This document shows positions 20,226-30,800 of a stretch of DNA of 58,353 nt, in pieces (positions within the stretch are counted from its first letter, which is position 1; every line of letters starts with the position of its first letter). Source of the stretch: Thermoplasmata archaeon (GTDB taxonomy: Archaea > Thermoplasmatota > Thermoplasmata > RBG-16-68-12 > JAGMCJ01); the NCBI GenBank assembly GCA_046761005.1, contig JBHIFI010000004.1, positions 1 to 58,353 of the forward strand. Direction: 5' to 3'. Made by a program: the position numbers and the translations under genes. The notes under the pieces are model-generated. The model saw only the letters and a program-made list of their open reading frames with translations, was not told the origin of the DNA and ran no database searches.

Positions 20226-21218
20226 GTGGGAGACGGAACGACCTTCTCGGCAGGCGAGGTTGAGAAATTCGGGTACTGCCCGCTCAGCTGGTGGCTAAGT
20301 GAAAAAGATGCGGAGGAAGAGGACCTCTCGGATGGCGAAAGGAAGCATGCTGAGATTGCGGCTGAAATCACAACGATAAGGAGGAGAGAGGGGTCGGCCA
20401 AGGAGTCGGAAACGGCTGTCCTCTACTTCGCTGTTGCCGCCACATTCATATCGATTCTTGGCTTGACATTTCTCCAAAGGGAGCAGAATGTTGGCGAAAT
20501 CTTGCTGGTAATCTCTCTGATTTGGCTCCTGGCAGCCTCCTACTTCCTCTACAAGGGGGAAACTCTGGCCACTCACGAAGACCGCCTGATATCCGAGAGA
20601 GTTGTTCTCATTTTCGCGATGATAGCTACTGTGATTGCGATTTATTCCGTCTCGACTGCCACTCTTGAGAACATACTTCTCAGCCAGATACTTCAGGTGA
20701 TTGCTCTTAGCTGGCTCATAGGCGCCTCCTTCTTTCTCTACAGATCGCTCAAGCATCTCGCGATCGCTGGAACCAAGAGAGAGATCCACGACGTCAGGGA
20801 AGGAAGCATCGAGTTCATTGATGATGAGCGAATAAGACCTAAGATGTTTGAATCGGCGAAGTATAGGCTGAGAGGAAGACCTGACTACGTTGTTCTTGAG
20901 GGAGAATACCATATTCCTGTGGAGATTAAAACGGGGAGGACGCCGAGAGGTCCTCTCTTTTCTCACATTTTGCAGACGGCAGCATATTGCATTTTACTTG
21001 AGGATGAATTTGGAAGACCACCGCCGTATGGCATTCTGAAATATGGTGATGTGGAGCATGAGATCGACTACACAACAGATCTCAAGCAGCTAGTCTTGAA
21101 CAAGCTGGACGAAATGAGCGAAGCTAGGAGAACAGGTGTAGTTCACAGAAATCACTCTCGAAAGATGAAGTGTGTTAGGTGTTCGCGGAGGATGATCTGC
21201 CCAGAGAAGCTTGCCTAA
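20226..21218 (+). CDS. Solo Cas4-like (RecB/PD-(D/E)xK, Fe-S) nuclease with four inserted transmembrane helices
   Basis: YCP (C18), G...H41, RGRPD220, VEIK (E233/K235), Q250xxxY254, C316xxC319-x5-C325; hydrophobic segments at aa ~64-175; TATA-like AAAAAATATATAA at 20192-20204. Confidence 0.85.
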   Translation: MGDGTTFSAGEVEKFGYCPLSWWLSEKDAEEEDLSDGERKHAEIAAEITTIRRREGSAKESETAVLYFAVAATFISILGLTFLQREQNVGEILLVISLIWLLAASYFLYKGETLATHEDRLISERVVLIFAMIATVIAIYSVSTATLENILLSQILQVIALSWLIGASFFLYRSLKHLAIAGTKREIHDVREGSIEFIDDERIRPKMFESAKYRLRGRPDYVVLEGEYHIPVEIKTGRTPRGPLFSHILQTAAYCILLEDEFGRPPPYGILKYGDVEHEIDYTTDLKQLVLNKLDEMSEARRTGVVHRNHSRKMKCVRCSRRMICPEKLA

Positions 21219-21508
21219 TCTATTTTCTCTTTGGAGGAATGGCTCAGCCGATTCTCGATTCTCTCTATAGCTTCTTTAATCTCCACCACTTCCTCCCTCA
21301 TTTGGAGCATCTCCTCCTCGAATGGCGTGAATGCCCTCACGGAGAAGATTCTGTGGCTGATAAATACCCCGACGAACATCGCTCCTATGACAGCAAGAAT
21401 TGCAATGATTACCAAGACAACCAAGAAAAGGAAGAAGTTGGCGATTATGTCACCGAAGGTTATGACTTCCGTCATCTGGGCAGTCAAAATAACGACTAGG
21501 ATTATCAC
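21215..21508 (-). CDS. Small hypothetical membrane protein (2 TM plus short coiled coil)
   Basis: Two hydrophobic stretches, then EEEMLQMREEVVEIKEAIERIE; the frame stays open upstream to ~21553, so the true start may be earlier. Confidence 0.7.
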   Translation of the reverse strand: MIILVVILTAQMTEVITFGDIIANFFLFLVVLVIIAILAVIGAMFVGVFISHRIFSVRAFTPFEEEMLQMREEVVEIKEAIERIENRLSHSSKEKID

Positions 21509-21549
21509 GATAGTCAGCCAAAGAAGTGTCCACCTACTGATTTTGATTA

Positions 21550-22032
21550 TTATCCCCTCCTCAAGAACAATCGCTGTCTGAAAGGACTCTCTTCAAGTTC
21601 CCCAGCTCCCCAAGACCCATTCTCATCCTCTGAAGATATCCAAAAGGCGACAGTCCCATCCTCTCGTTCCACGATCTTGACGGTGCAGTTGTACCACCAT
21701 TCGTCTTCTTCGACATATGCGTTAACATCTATGCGCATGTTACTGGTTTCATTGAACAAGACCCTCTGCTTCGTTACGTAACTCTCATTCTCCATAATGG
21801 ACTTGACGTAGGATTCGTTGTCAGTGCCTTGAACCAGTATCGATATCTTGGTGTACTTGTTGTCTGAAAGTGCCCCCTTTATGTAAATTTGCATCTCGTC
21901 GTCGTTCACATCAATCAACATCAATGGAATCGTGGCTATATCCGATTCTCGGTGCCCCATTAGGGACGGGGTTATTATGTTCAGGAGCAGAAGTGCTAGC
22001 ACGACTGAAACCATTGCTGTCTCCTTCAACAT
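21550..22032 (-). CDS. Hypothetical exported/membrane-anchored beta-rich protein
   Basis: N-terminal hydrophobic helix followed by an acidic beta-strand-pattern domain with N-X-S/T sequons. Confidence 0.75.
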   Translation of the reverse strand: MLKETAMVSVVLALLLLNIITPSLMGHRESDIATIPLMLIDVNDDEMQIYIKGALSDNKYTKISILVQGTDNESYVKSIMENESYVTKQRVLFNETSNMRIDVNAYVEEDEWWYNCTVKIVEREDGTVAFWISSEDENGSWGAGELEESPFRQRLFLRRG

Positions 22033-22083
22033 TCAACTACGCAATCTGTAGGCGGTACATAAAGCTTAGTCGCCTGCCTGATG

Positions 22084-22096
22084 AAAAAATAAAAAA
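22084..22096 (-). terminator. Oligo-T terminator downstream of the RHH gene
   Basis: Minus strand reads CCCCCCC-TTTTTTATTTTTT. Confidence 0.6.
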
Positions 22097-22175
22097 GGGG
22101 GGGAGGTAAGCGTGAGATGGTAAGGATGGTCCTACAGATAGTAGGATGATCCCATCCCTGACAATCGTGACAAGG

Positions 22176-22442
22176 CTAGCGTTTGAGGTATTCTTTCCGA
22201 AGTTCCTTTATTTCGTTGATCGACCTCTCTGCCTCTTGGATTTTCTTCATCTTTTCGGGAACCAGCTCGACCCTCTCATATACTAGGTCTCTTATGGCAA
22301 CCCGTATGGCTTCTGACTTCGAGGGAAAGTCGTCCGCTTCCACCAGGAAATCCAGGACCTCGATGAACCGTCTGGGGATTCTGATAGTGACCTTCTCCGT
22401 ATCTTTTTTCACAGTATCGCCTTGGTTCGCTGGGATGTCCAT
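22176..22442 (-). CDS. Ribbon-helix-helix (CopG/Arc) regulator, CdrS-like
   Basis: EKVTIRIP...LDFLVE.DDFPSKSEAIR.AIRD pattern plus a C-terminal coiled coil. Confidence 0.85.
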   Translation of the reverse strand: MDIPANQGDTVKKDTEKVTIRIPRRFIEVLDFLVEADDFPSKSEAIRVAIRDLVYERVELVPEKMKKIQEAERSINEIKELRKEYLKR

Positions 22443-22578
22443 GTGACATTCTTTGACTTACGCTTGTCCGACAGTGTATTATATACATACTATTTAAGAA
22501 TATTCTATCGAGGATTCCAGGGAAAAAGCTTGGACAACTCCAATTGTTTTATATGGCAAATGAATATGCACTAGTCGC

Positions 22579-23709
22579 ATGACTCCAAAAGACACGATTT
22601 TCATGCTTCCTGGGCCTGTCAAGATGCATCCCAGGGTTCTTCGAGCAATGACGGCTCCCTATGTTGCCCATAGAGGAAAGGAATTCACCAACATCATCGG
22701 AGAAATCAGGGATCTGAGCAAATACTTGTTCCAGACGGAGAGCCATGTATGCATCCTTTCGGGCTCAGGAACCGCAGGCTTGGATGCTGCAATCAACAAC
22801 CTCTTTCAAAAAGGCGACAGAATTCTAAGTCTCACTAATGGCAAGTTCGGAGAAAGATTCCATGAGATTTGTGAAGTACATGCGAGATCTTCAGTTATCA
22901 GATCAGAATGGGGCAAGCCATTTGATCTCGACGAGCTCAGAAGAACCATGGAGGGCGATGAGTTCAAAGCCATAACAATCTGCCACAACGAAACCTCCAC
23001 TGGATTAACAAACCAATTGAGGGACATCGCCAAAATCGCAAGGGACCACGGAGCCATGGTCATAGCTGATGTCATCACATCGGCGGGTGGTCTACCGTTC
23101 AGGCCAGATGAGTGGGGTGTGGATGTAGCTGTTGTCGGTTCTCAGAAGTGTCTCGCAGCGCCCGCGGGCCTCGCGGTCCTTTACCTTTCGAAGAGGGCTT
23201 ACGAGAATCTTGGTGAGGGTGCGCCTTACTATCTGAATCTGAAAAAGCATATAGATAGAATAGAGCAAAAGAGTCAGACACCCTGGACTCCCGCCATTCC
23301 GCTCTTTCTAGCTCTTCGAGAATCTCTTCTCCTCCTCAAGGAGGAAGGATTGGAAAACAGAATCGCAAGGATTCACAGGCTCGCAGAAGCCGCGAGATCT
23401 GCAGTAACCTCCCTCGGATTAGACCTCTTTCCAGAACAGGCCTATGCCTCCGATACCGTTACCGCTGTAAAGTACCCGCCAGGCATCGAGGATTTCAAGT
23501 TTAGAGATACATTGAAAGAAAAACACGGTGTTGTCGTTGCCGGTGGCCAGGCACACGTGAAAGGTAGAATCTTTAGAATCGGCACAATGGGCTTCTGTAC
23601 CATGACGGATCTCTTGTGCACCTTCGGTGCAATCGAAAGCGTTCTCAGAAGCATGGGCTTGGACATGAAAAGGGGCAGCGGTACGGAGACTTTTGCCGAT
23701 TACATGTGA
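22579..23709 (+). CDS. Class V PLP aminotransferase (serine-pyruvate/alanine-glyoxylate family)
   Basis: MLPGP, SGSGT, HNETSTG, GSQKCLAAPAGL, QTPWTP, FRIGTMG. Confidence 0.93.
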   Translation: MTPKDTIFMLPGPVKMHPRVLRAMTAPYVAHRGKEFTNIIGEIRDLSKYLFQTESHVCILSGSGTAGLDAAINNLFQKGDRILSLTNGKFGERFHEICEVHARSSVIRSEWGKPFDLDELRRTMEGDEFKAITICHNETSTGLTNQLRDIAKIARDHGAMVIADVITSAGGLPFRPDEWGVDVAVVGSQKCLAAPAGLAVLYLSKRAYENLGEGAPYYLNLKKHIDRIEQKSQTPWTPAIPLFLALRESLLLLKEEGLENRIARIHRLAEAARSAVTSLGLDLFPEQAYASDTVTAVKYPPGIEDFKFRDTLKEKHGVVVAGGQAHVKGRIFRIGTMGFCTMTDLLCTFGAIESVLRSMGLDMKRGSGTETFADYM

Positions 23710-24695
23710 ATCCAAGCCACATCGACTTCATCGGTTCTGAACCTCTGTCGGACAGTCGTTTCGGGGATGCTCATTCTCAGACCTGAATCGTACATTAGCA
23801 AGCCCGTCCAAGCTATCATGGCACCATTGTCAATGCAGAACTCACCTGCAGGAACAAACATCTCAGCACCTCTATCGCGGGCCATCTTCGATATCATAGA
23901 CTGAAGTCTCTTATTCTGTGCGACGCCGCCGCCAAGGAGGATCTCATCTCTATCCACATGTGCCATAGCCCGCTCTGAGACTTCCGTGAGCATGGAAAAT
24001 GCTGTCTCTTGGAGGGAAAAGCAGAGGTCGTTATCCTCGACTCCTGAGGAGCGTAGCTGGAGAGCCGCCGTCAAAATCCCTGAAAAGGCGACATCCATTC
24101 CCATCACAGAGTAGGGAAGATCGAGCAATTCCTCTCCACGCTCGGCGAGCTCTTCTATTCTTGGTCCACACGGGAAAGTCAACCCAATCTCACGACCAAA
24201 CTTGTCTAGCAGGTTGCCAATTCCAATGTCCAAGGTTTCCCCAAAGACTCGATATCGTTTGTTGGAAAACGCAATCACTTGGGTATTCCCGCCAGAAACA
24301 TACAGGAGGACAGGATCGCTGCACCCTGTCCTTTTTCGTCCAATCTCGAGATGTGCTACACAGTGGTTAACGCCGATAATTGGAATGCCAAGTGATACGG
24401 AAAGAGCCCTCGCCGCCGTTGCAACCGTTCGAAGGCAAGGACCCAGCCCAGGTCCTTGGGAGAAAGCCACAAGATCCAAATCCCTGAAATCTACAGTTGC
24501 AACATTGAGGGCTTCGCGTATCAGGGGTACTATCATCTCTGCATGGAAATTCGCAGCTTCCCTCGGGTGGATTCCACCCTTCGCGGGAGAATAAATAGCA
24601 AATTCATTCGCCAAGATGTTGCATGACTCATCTGCGAGTCCAACCCCGACGGTATGGGCTGTTCCTTCGATTCCAATCGCAAGCACGAAATCCAA
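23700..24695 (-). CDS. kae1: tRNA N6-threonylcarbamoyltransferase Kae1 (stand-alone, not fused to Bud32)
   Basis: GIEGTAHT, GGIHPREA, SQGPGLGPCL, NHCVAHLE, VSGGNTQ, GETLDIG, DNGAMIA, RFRTDEV. Confidence 0.97.
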   Translation of the reverse strand: MDFVLAIGIEGTAHTVGVGLADESCNILANEFAIYSPAKGGIHPREAANFHAEMIVPLIREALNVATVDFRDLDLVAFSQGPGLGPCLRTVATAARALSVSLGIPIIGVNHCVAHLEIGRKRTGCSDPVLLYVSGGNTQVIAFSNKRYRVFGETLDIGIGNLLDKFGREIGLTFPCGPRIEELAERGEELLDLPYSVMGMDVAFSGILTAALQLRSSGVEDNDLCFSLQETAFSMLTEVSERAMAHVDRDEILLGGGVAQNKRLQSMISKMARDRGAEMFVPAGEFCIDNGAMIAWTGLLMYDSGLRMSIPETTVRQRFRTDEVDVAWIHM

Positions 24696-24828
24696 ATGTT
24701 CCTAGTTTGTATATAGTCTTTCTGAGGAAGGACTGGCTGAAATCTTTCCTGAGTTCTCACTCGGCACCCACAAAACAAGTTTAAAGTAGTATGAGAGAAA
24801 TCTAACTAAGCATACATGGGGGCTCCAC

Positions 24829-27800
24829 ATGTCGTGCACTAAAGTCGTAGCCACTATAGCCGTGTTTTTGATTGCATCTATGTTCTCGACTGTTCTCGGC
24901 ATCTATGCAGAACCACAAGATGAAGATAGGACAGACTTGATCAGCTCTAAGGTCCTTCTAGATTATGATCGGGAAGAGATTTATGCCGACCAAGTCATAG
25001 TGGGCTTTGCGGAAGACTTTGACTTCTCAACGATTCCGGAATTCGGTGCGAGGAACGGGTTGCAAACCCTTCGATTGTACCCGAATCTGAAAGAGGCAGT
25101 TTTTGGGATTTCCAGATCGGATTTGGACAAGGCTATGTTTCAGATCGCCAAAGACCCTTCGGTTAGGTACGTCTCTCCGAACGGATTCTACAAGATGAGC
25201 TACGTTCCTAATGATTCGTACTGGGGCAATCAATGGGGTCCGAAAAAGATAAAGGCTCCAGACGCTTGGAACCTTACAAAGGGGAACAGCTCAGTCGTTG
25301 TTGCAATACTCGATACAGGTGTAGATTATCTTCACGAGGACCTGTCTGCGAACATGTGGAAGAATCCATCGGAGGATGGCGGCGCCGAGGGCGTTGATGA
25401 TGATGTCAACGGCTATGTCGATGACCTCTATGGCTGGAACTTTGTTAACGACACGAAATACATCATGGACGACAATGACAGAAGGCCGGATGATACCCCT
25501 GATGACATTTATCATGGCACTCATGTCTCGGGAATCGTAGCCGCTGTGATTAACAATTCCAAGGGAATAGCGGGTCTCGCGCAAGTGAAGATAATGGCCG
25601 TCAAGGTCTTAGCCAGGAATGGTACAGGATGGATGTCCTGGATCGCCTCCGGAATCAAATATGCGTATGAGAACGGTGCTGACATAATTTCAATGAGTCT
25701 TGGCGGCTCTCTTGGTTCCAGTAGCGTTAAGCAGCAAGCAGAGAACGCCTGGAACAATGGCACTCTCCTCACGGCCGCGTCCGGAAATGATGGTACTAGC
25801 GGGGTATCATATCCTGCGAAATATGACACTGTCATTGCCGTTGGAGCGACAAACTCAGGTGATAGTAGGGCGGGCTTCTCCAATTACGGTAACGAGCTTG
25901 AACTCGTGGCACCAGGTGTCAACATCATATCCTGCAGAAGGCAAACACCACCAGGTCCGGGGAGTCCATACTATCAATACATGGACGGAACATCACAGGC
26001 AGCTCCGCATGTCTCGGGTGTCGCCGCACTGATGTTTTCGAGATATCCTTCCTATACCAACATGCAGGCTCGATTGATTCTCAGGAATACGTCGGTCGAT
26101 TTGGGCGACCCGGGAAAGGACATCTACTACGGCTATGGAAGGGTGAACGCCTATGAGGCCCTGCTCCCACAGAACAATGACGATCAGGCGCAAGAGATTA
26201 CCACGCTGGGAGATGACAAGTACTCTTTCGATGTCAATACTGAGAATTTCGGTATCGTGGCAATCAAATCGGTTTCTCATTGGCTAAACTATCCATACTA
26301 TCTAGACCTGTATGACACCCCGACTTATTCAACGAGCCTAGCTCAGACGACTTCCTACCCTGACGATGATGTTGCGTTCATTGCCATAGATGGCCATCAG
26401 CTCTCAGGAAATCAGACCTACTACTATTGGGTGAGGCATCAAGAAAGCGGAGAGAAGTACATATTGGAAACGGAGAACGGGTCCATCAGCCCTATGCCCG
26501 TTTTGAGCGTTGCAGCCCCCACAACATCTGTGATGAATTCTACGGAGATTATCGATGCTTTCCAGATCCAATTGCAGACAGGTATAACGTATGACATCGG
26601 CATGAGCGTTACATCCTCGGCGGACTTGGACCTCTATGCAGCTTGCGGGGATGTAGTAACCGATGAAGATGCGACAAGAAGCATCACCCGTTCGGGAACA
26701 GCCATAGAGAGGCTAGTTTTCGCAGCGAGAAGCAACAGATGGTGTATCGTCGTAGTCACGAATCCTTTCAAAGGTGTCTCGGAGTACACTATCACAGTCG
26801 ACACTCTTCCGGAGGATGAGGGTGTCTCCACTAATCTCTACTTCGGATCAAATGCAGCATCATTTCCAGAGTTTGCAATGGAGGTCAACCAGCAGCACAT
26901 AGGAGTTGTCGCCATAAAATCGATAACTCATGAAGGGAGCGATCCATGGTATCTAATGATCTATGATAACCCCAACTATCTGACTCCACTCGCTTATGGG
27001 GAGGCCTATCCGAATGATGATGTCGCCTTCATCGTTGTTGATGGTCACCTTTTGGGTTCAAACACGACCTACTATCCTCAAGTATTCCATTCCACTCAAG
27101 GTCACAGTTTCGCGATAGAGATGGAAAATGGTAGTCTGAGCGGTGTCCCTGAGATTGCGCCAGCCACTGTCCGAGCGGGCGATTTCTCCTCGAACGAGCT
27201 CTTCGACGCATATCAAATCTACTTGGAAGAAGACGTCATGTATGACATCTGGCTGAACGTTCCCGCTGGATACGACTTCGATCTTTTCGTGATATGTCAG
27301 GACCTAGCATCGGATAACTATTCCTTCGGCTCGGTATCGCCCTCGACCGGTGCGGACGAGAGAGTCATATTCGCGACGAACAGAACGGGCTATTGTGCAA
27401 TCATAGTCACTAATCCGCTCGGAGGTGCGACAAATTACCTTCTGGGTGTTGATTACTACGAGGAGGATGATGGAGTTCTTGCATATCTTCTCCGTGGTTC
27501 GGCGACTGCGAGCTCGAGGGAACTCGTAGTGGATGTGGATACGAGCCATTATGCCATCGTGGGAATCAAGTCCGTCTCCCACTTATCGAACTACGGATAT
27601 ACTCTCGATCTCTATGACAATCCAAACTACATCTCATCGCTCGCGCATACTGAATCCTATCCTGACTACGATTTCTCCTTCATCGCCGTCGACGGAAACC
27701 GACTTGCAACACCGGCAACCTATCATCCAAAGGTCGACAACATGGCACCTGGGTATCTCTATCATTTGGAAATTGAGAATGGCAGCCTTTCAGGTGTGCT

Positions 27801-30800
27801 GGACCTGACGTTTGGTGTTCCTTCGAGCGGTTCATTCACCTCAAGTGAACTACTGGACGCATACCAGATTCAGCTCCAAACCGGTCTTGCATATGACGTA
27901 GGCCTCGACGTTCCCATAGGTGCTGATTTTGATCTGTATGCTGCTTGCGGTTCCATCGTGACTGATGAGGATTCGGTTGCAAGCAACTCGACCTTTGCGG
28001 GCGTGAATGAGCGTCTCATATTTGCAGCAACGGAATCTGCTCACTGCTTGATTCTGGCGGTTAACAAGTTCTCCGGGTCGGGAACATATACGCTAACTGT
28101 TGATGTCTATCCGGAAGATACCGGGGTGGCGACTCATCTCATCTATGGTCCGGCCACTGCATCGTCTGAGGAACTCGCAATAGATGTGATTCCCGACCAC
28201 TACGGACTCATCGCAATCAAGTCCGTCTCTTACTATGGAACCTCGTCTTACGACCTCAGCCTCTATGACAATCCAAACTACGTCTCTTCGCTGGCAAGCA
28301 CTCAGTCCTACCCTGCCAATGATGTTGCCTTCCTCACCATGGATGGCCATGGTCTTCCTTCCAGAACGACATTCTATCCGAAAGTCACTCATCCCGCCTA
28401 CGGCTATGAATTCAATCTTGAGATGGAGAATGGCACGGCCACAGGAATCGTCGACATAGATGTGGGAACGCCGCAATCAGGAGGCTTCACATCCACAGAG
28501 ATAGTCGATGGATTCCAGGTCAATCTGTCCGCAGGTGTAAGCTACAACATCTCACTGAACGTTCCCCTGGGATTCGACTATGATCTCTACCTCGTAAGGG
28601 GTCAGTACCGCTCAGAGGAGGATTTCGATGCGAGCAGCGTAACGAGGACGGCTGGAGCAGACGAGTTCATCGTTTTCGTACCCTCTATCGATGGAAGCTA
28701 CCTCATAGTGGTGACTAATCCTCTCTCAGGAAGCTCGCTCTACACCCTGGCAGTATCAACCGCAGACCTCTCCGTTGTGGATACGGATGTCGTCTTCTCC
28801 AATCCCAATCCGATGGAGGGCGAGACCGTCCAGATTGGTGCCACCATAAGAAACCTAGGTTCACTGAATGTCACCTCTGCCAATCTCAGATTCTACGATA
28901 ACGATCCAGCATACAACGATCAGATCGGGTCCGCCCAGCCTATTTCCAATTTGGTCGTTGGGAACTTCGTCTACTTCGAGGTGGACTGGGATACGACGAA
29001 CCTTGCTGGAAACCATACGGTATTCGCGGTCCTATCGGACATCGATCCCCCAGATGCCTACGATGGAAATAATATGGCAACAAGATCTATCGAGGTTCTG
29101 CCCACTCCTCAGAATGAAAAACCGACGATCAGTATACTCAGTCCGACCCCAGGCGAGGAGGTTGCAGGAGAGATAACCATACAAGGCGTTGCCAGTGACC
29201 TAGACGGCACAGTCCAGTATGTTGAGGTCAAAATAGACATTGGAGCTTGGACGAGGGCAAATGGAACGAACTCTTGGAATTACACGTGGAATACAACGTT
29301 CTACACGAATGGCGCTCATCTGGTTTACGCGAGGGCCTTCGACGGTCTCGTCTTTTCGGATGTCGCATCTGTAGGTGTTACCGTAAACAACACGGGAGGC
29401 GTTGTCAATGTCCCGCCAGAGGCCGTCGTTCTCAATGCTCCGACAAATATCACTGATCACTCCATGCGGCTCTCCTGGAGTCAGAGCAACGACTCAGATT
29501 TCGCTATGTACGAGCTTTACCAATCCGAGACAAGCGGTCTTCTGGGTACGAGGATTGCCTACGTAACAGATAGACTGATCACTTGGCAATTCGCGGCGGG
29601 ATTGATTGAGTCGACCACATATTACTTCACAGTCAGAGTCATTGATACCGGGGGCCTCTACAACGATTCGAATCAGGTGAATGGTACAACGCTGCTATCC
29701 AATCTACCGCCAACTCCCGTGATCCTTCAGAATCCCTCCAACATAACCGCGCACACCATGCTTCTTACGTGGAGCGAGAACACGGATCCAGACTTCGCAT
29801 ATTACGAGATCTATCGCTCTCAGATTAGCGGCATAACAGGTATGCTGATAGAAACGATTTCAGCCAGAAACATGACGTCATATGTCGCTGCGGGCCTCAA
29901 TGCTACTGAGACCTACTACTTCCTCATTCGAGTGTACGACACAGGTGGCTTGTTTTCCGATTCCAATCAGGTCTCAGGAACAACACTCCCAGAGAACAGC
30001 CCCCCCGCTCCAGTGACTCTGAACCCTCCCACGGACATAACTGAAACCACGATGACTCTCACCTGGTCACAAAGTATGGCTGCGGATTTTGCTCGATATG
30101 AGATTTATCAGTCAGAGACACCTTTAGTTCTGGGTAACCTGATAGAGATCTTGTCCTCCCAGTTCTCCACGCTCTATGTCGCCATAGGTCTCAGCCCGTC
30201 CACAACTTATCACTTCACCGTTCGTGTAGTCGACACTGGAGGCCTCTACGCTGATTCCAATCAGATGAGCGGGACAACCCTTCCACCTAATGTGGAGCCT
30301 AGTGCAGTCTCCCTATCGGACCCCACCAATATTACCAGTACTTCCATGACATTGTCCTGGACGGAGAATGTGGATACGGATTTTGCTCGTTACGAAATAT
30401 ATCGATCTACCGTCATGGGTCCTATTGGGACCAGAATAGCCCTTATCGGTGACAGGTCTCAGACTTCATACATAGCCAGCGGTCTCAGCGGCTCAACAAC
30501 ATACTACTTCACCGTTCGTGTAGTCGACACTGGAGGCCTCTATGCTGATTCAATGCAGGTCTCAGGAACGACACTTCCCTCTAACGTTGAGCCTACGCCT
30601 GTGATTCTCGACCCACCATCCAACGTCACAGGGAGCACTCTTGTTCTGAACTGGAGTCAGAACAGCGATCCAGATTTTGCCAGATATGAGATCTATCAGT
30701 CCACAACACTGGGAGCCGTAGGAACAATGATAGATGATGTCCCCTTCCGGACGCAGACGACCTACACAGTCACTGGCCTGACCCAGCTCACGACCTATTA

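Noticed and set aside
20226-21218. CRISPR-Cas locus suggested by Cas4
   Set aside because: No repeat-spacer array or other cas genes anywhere in the window.
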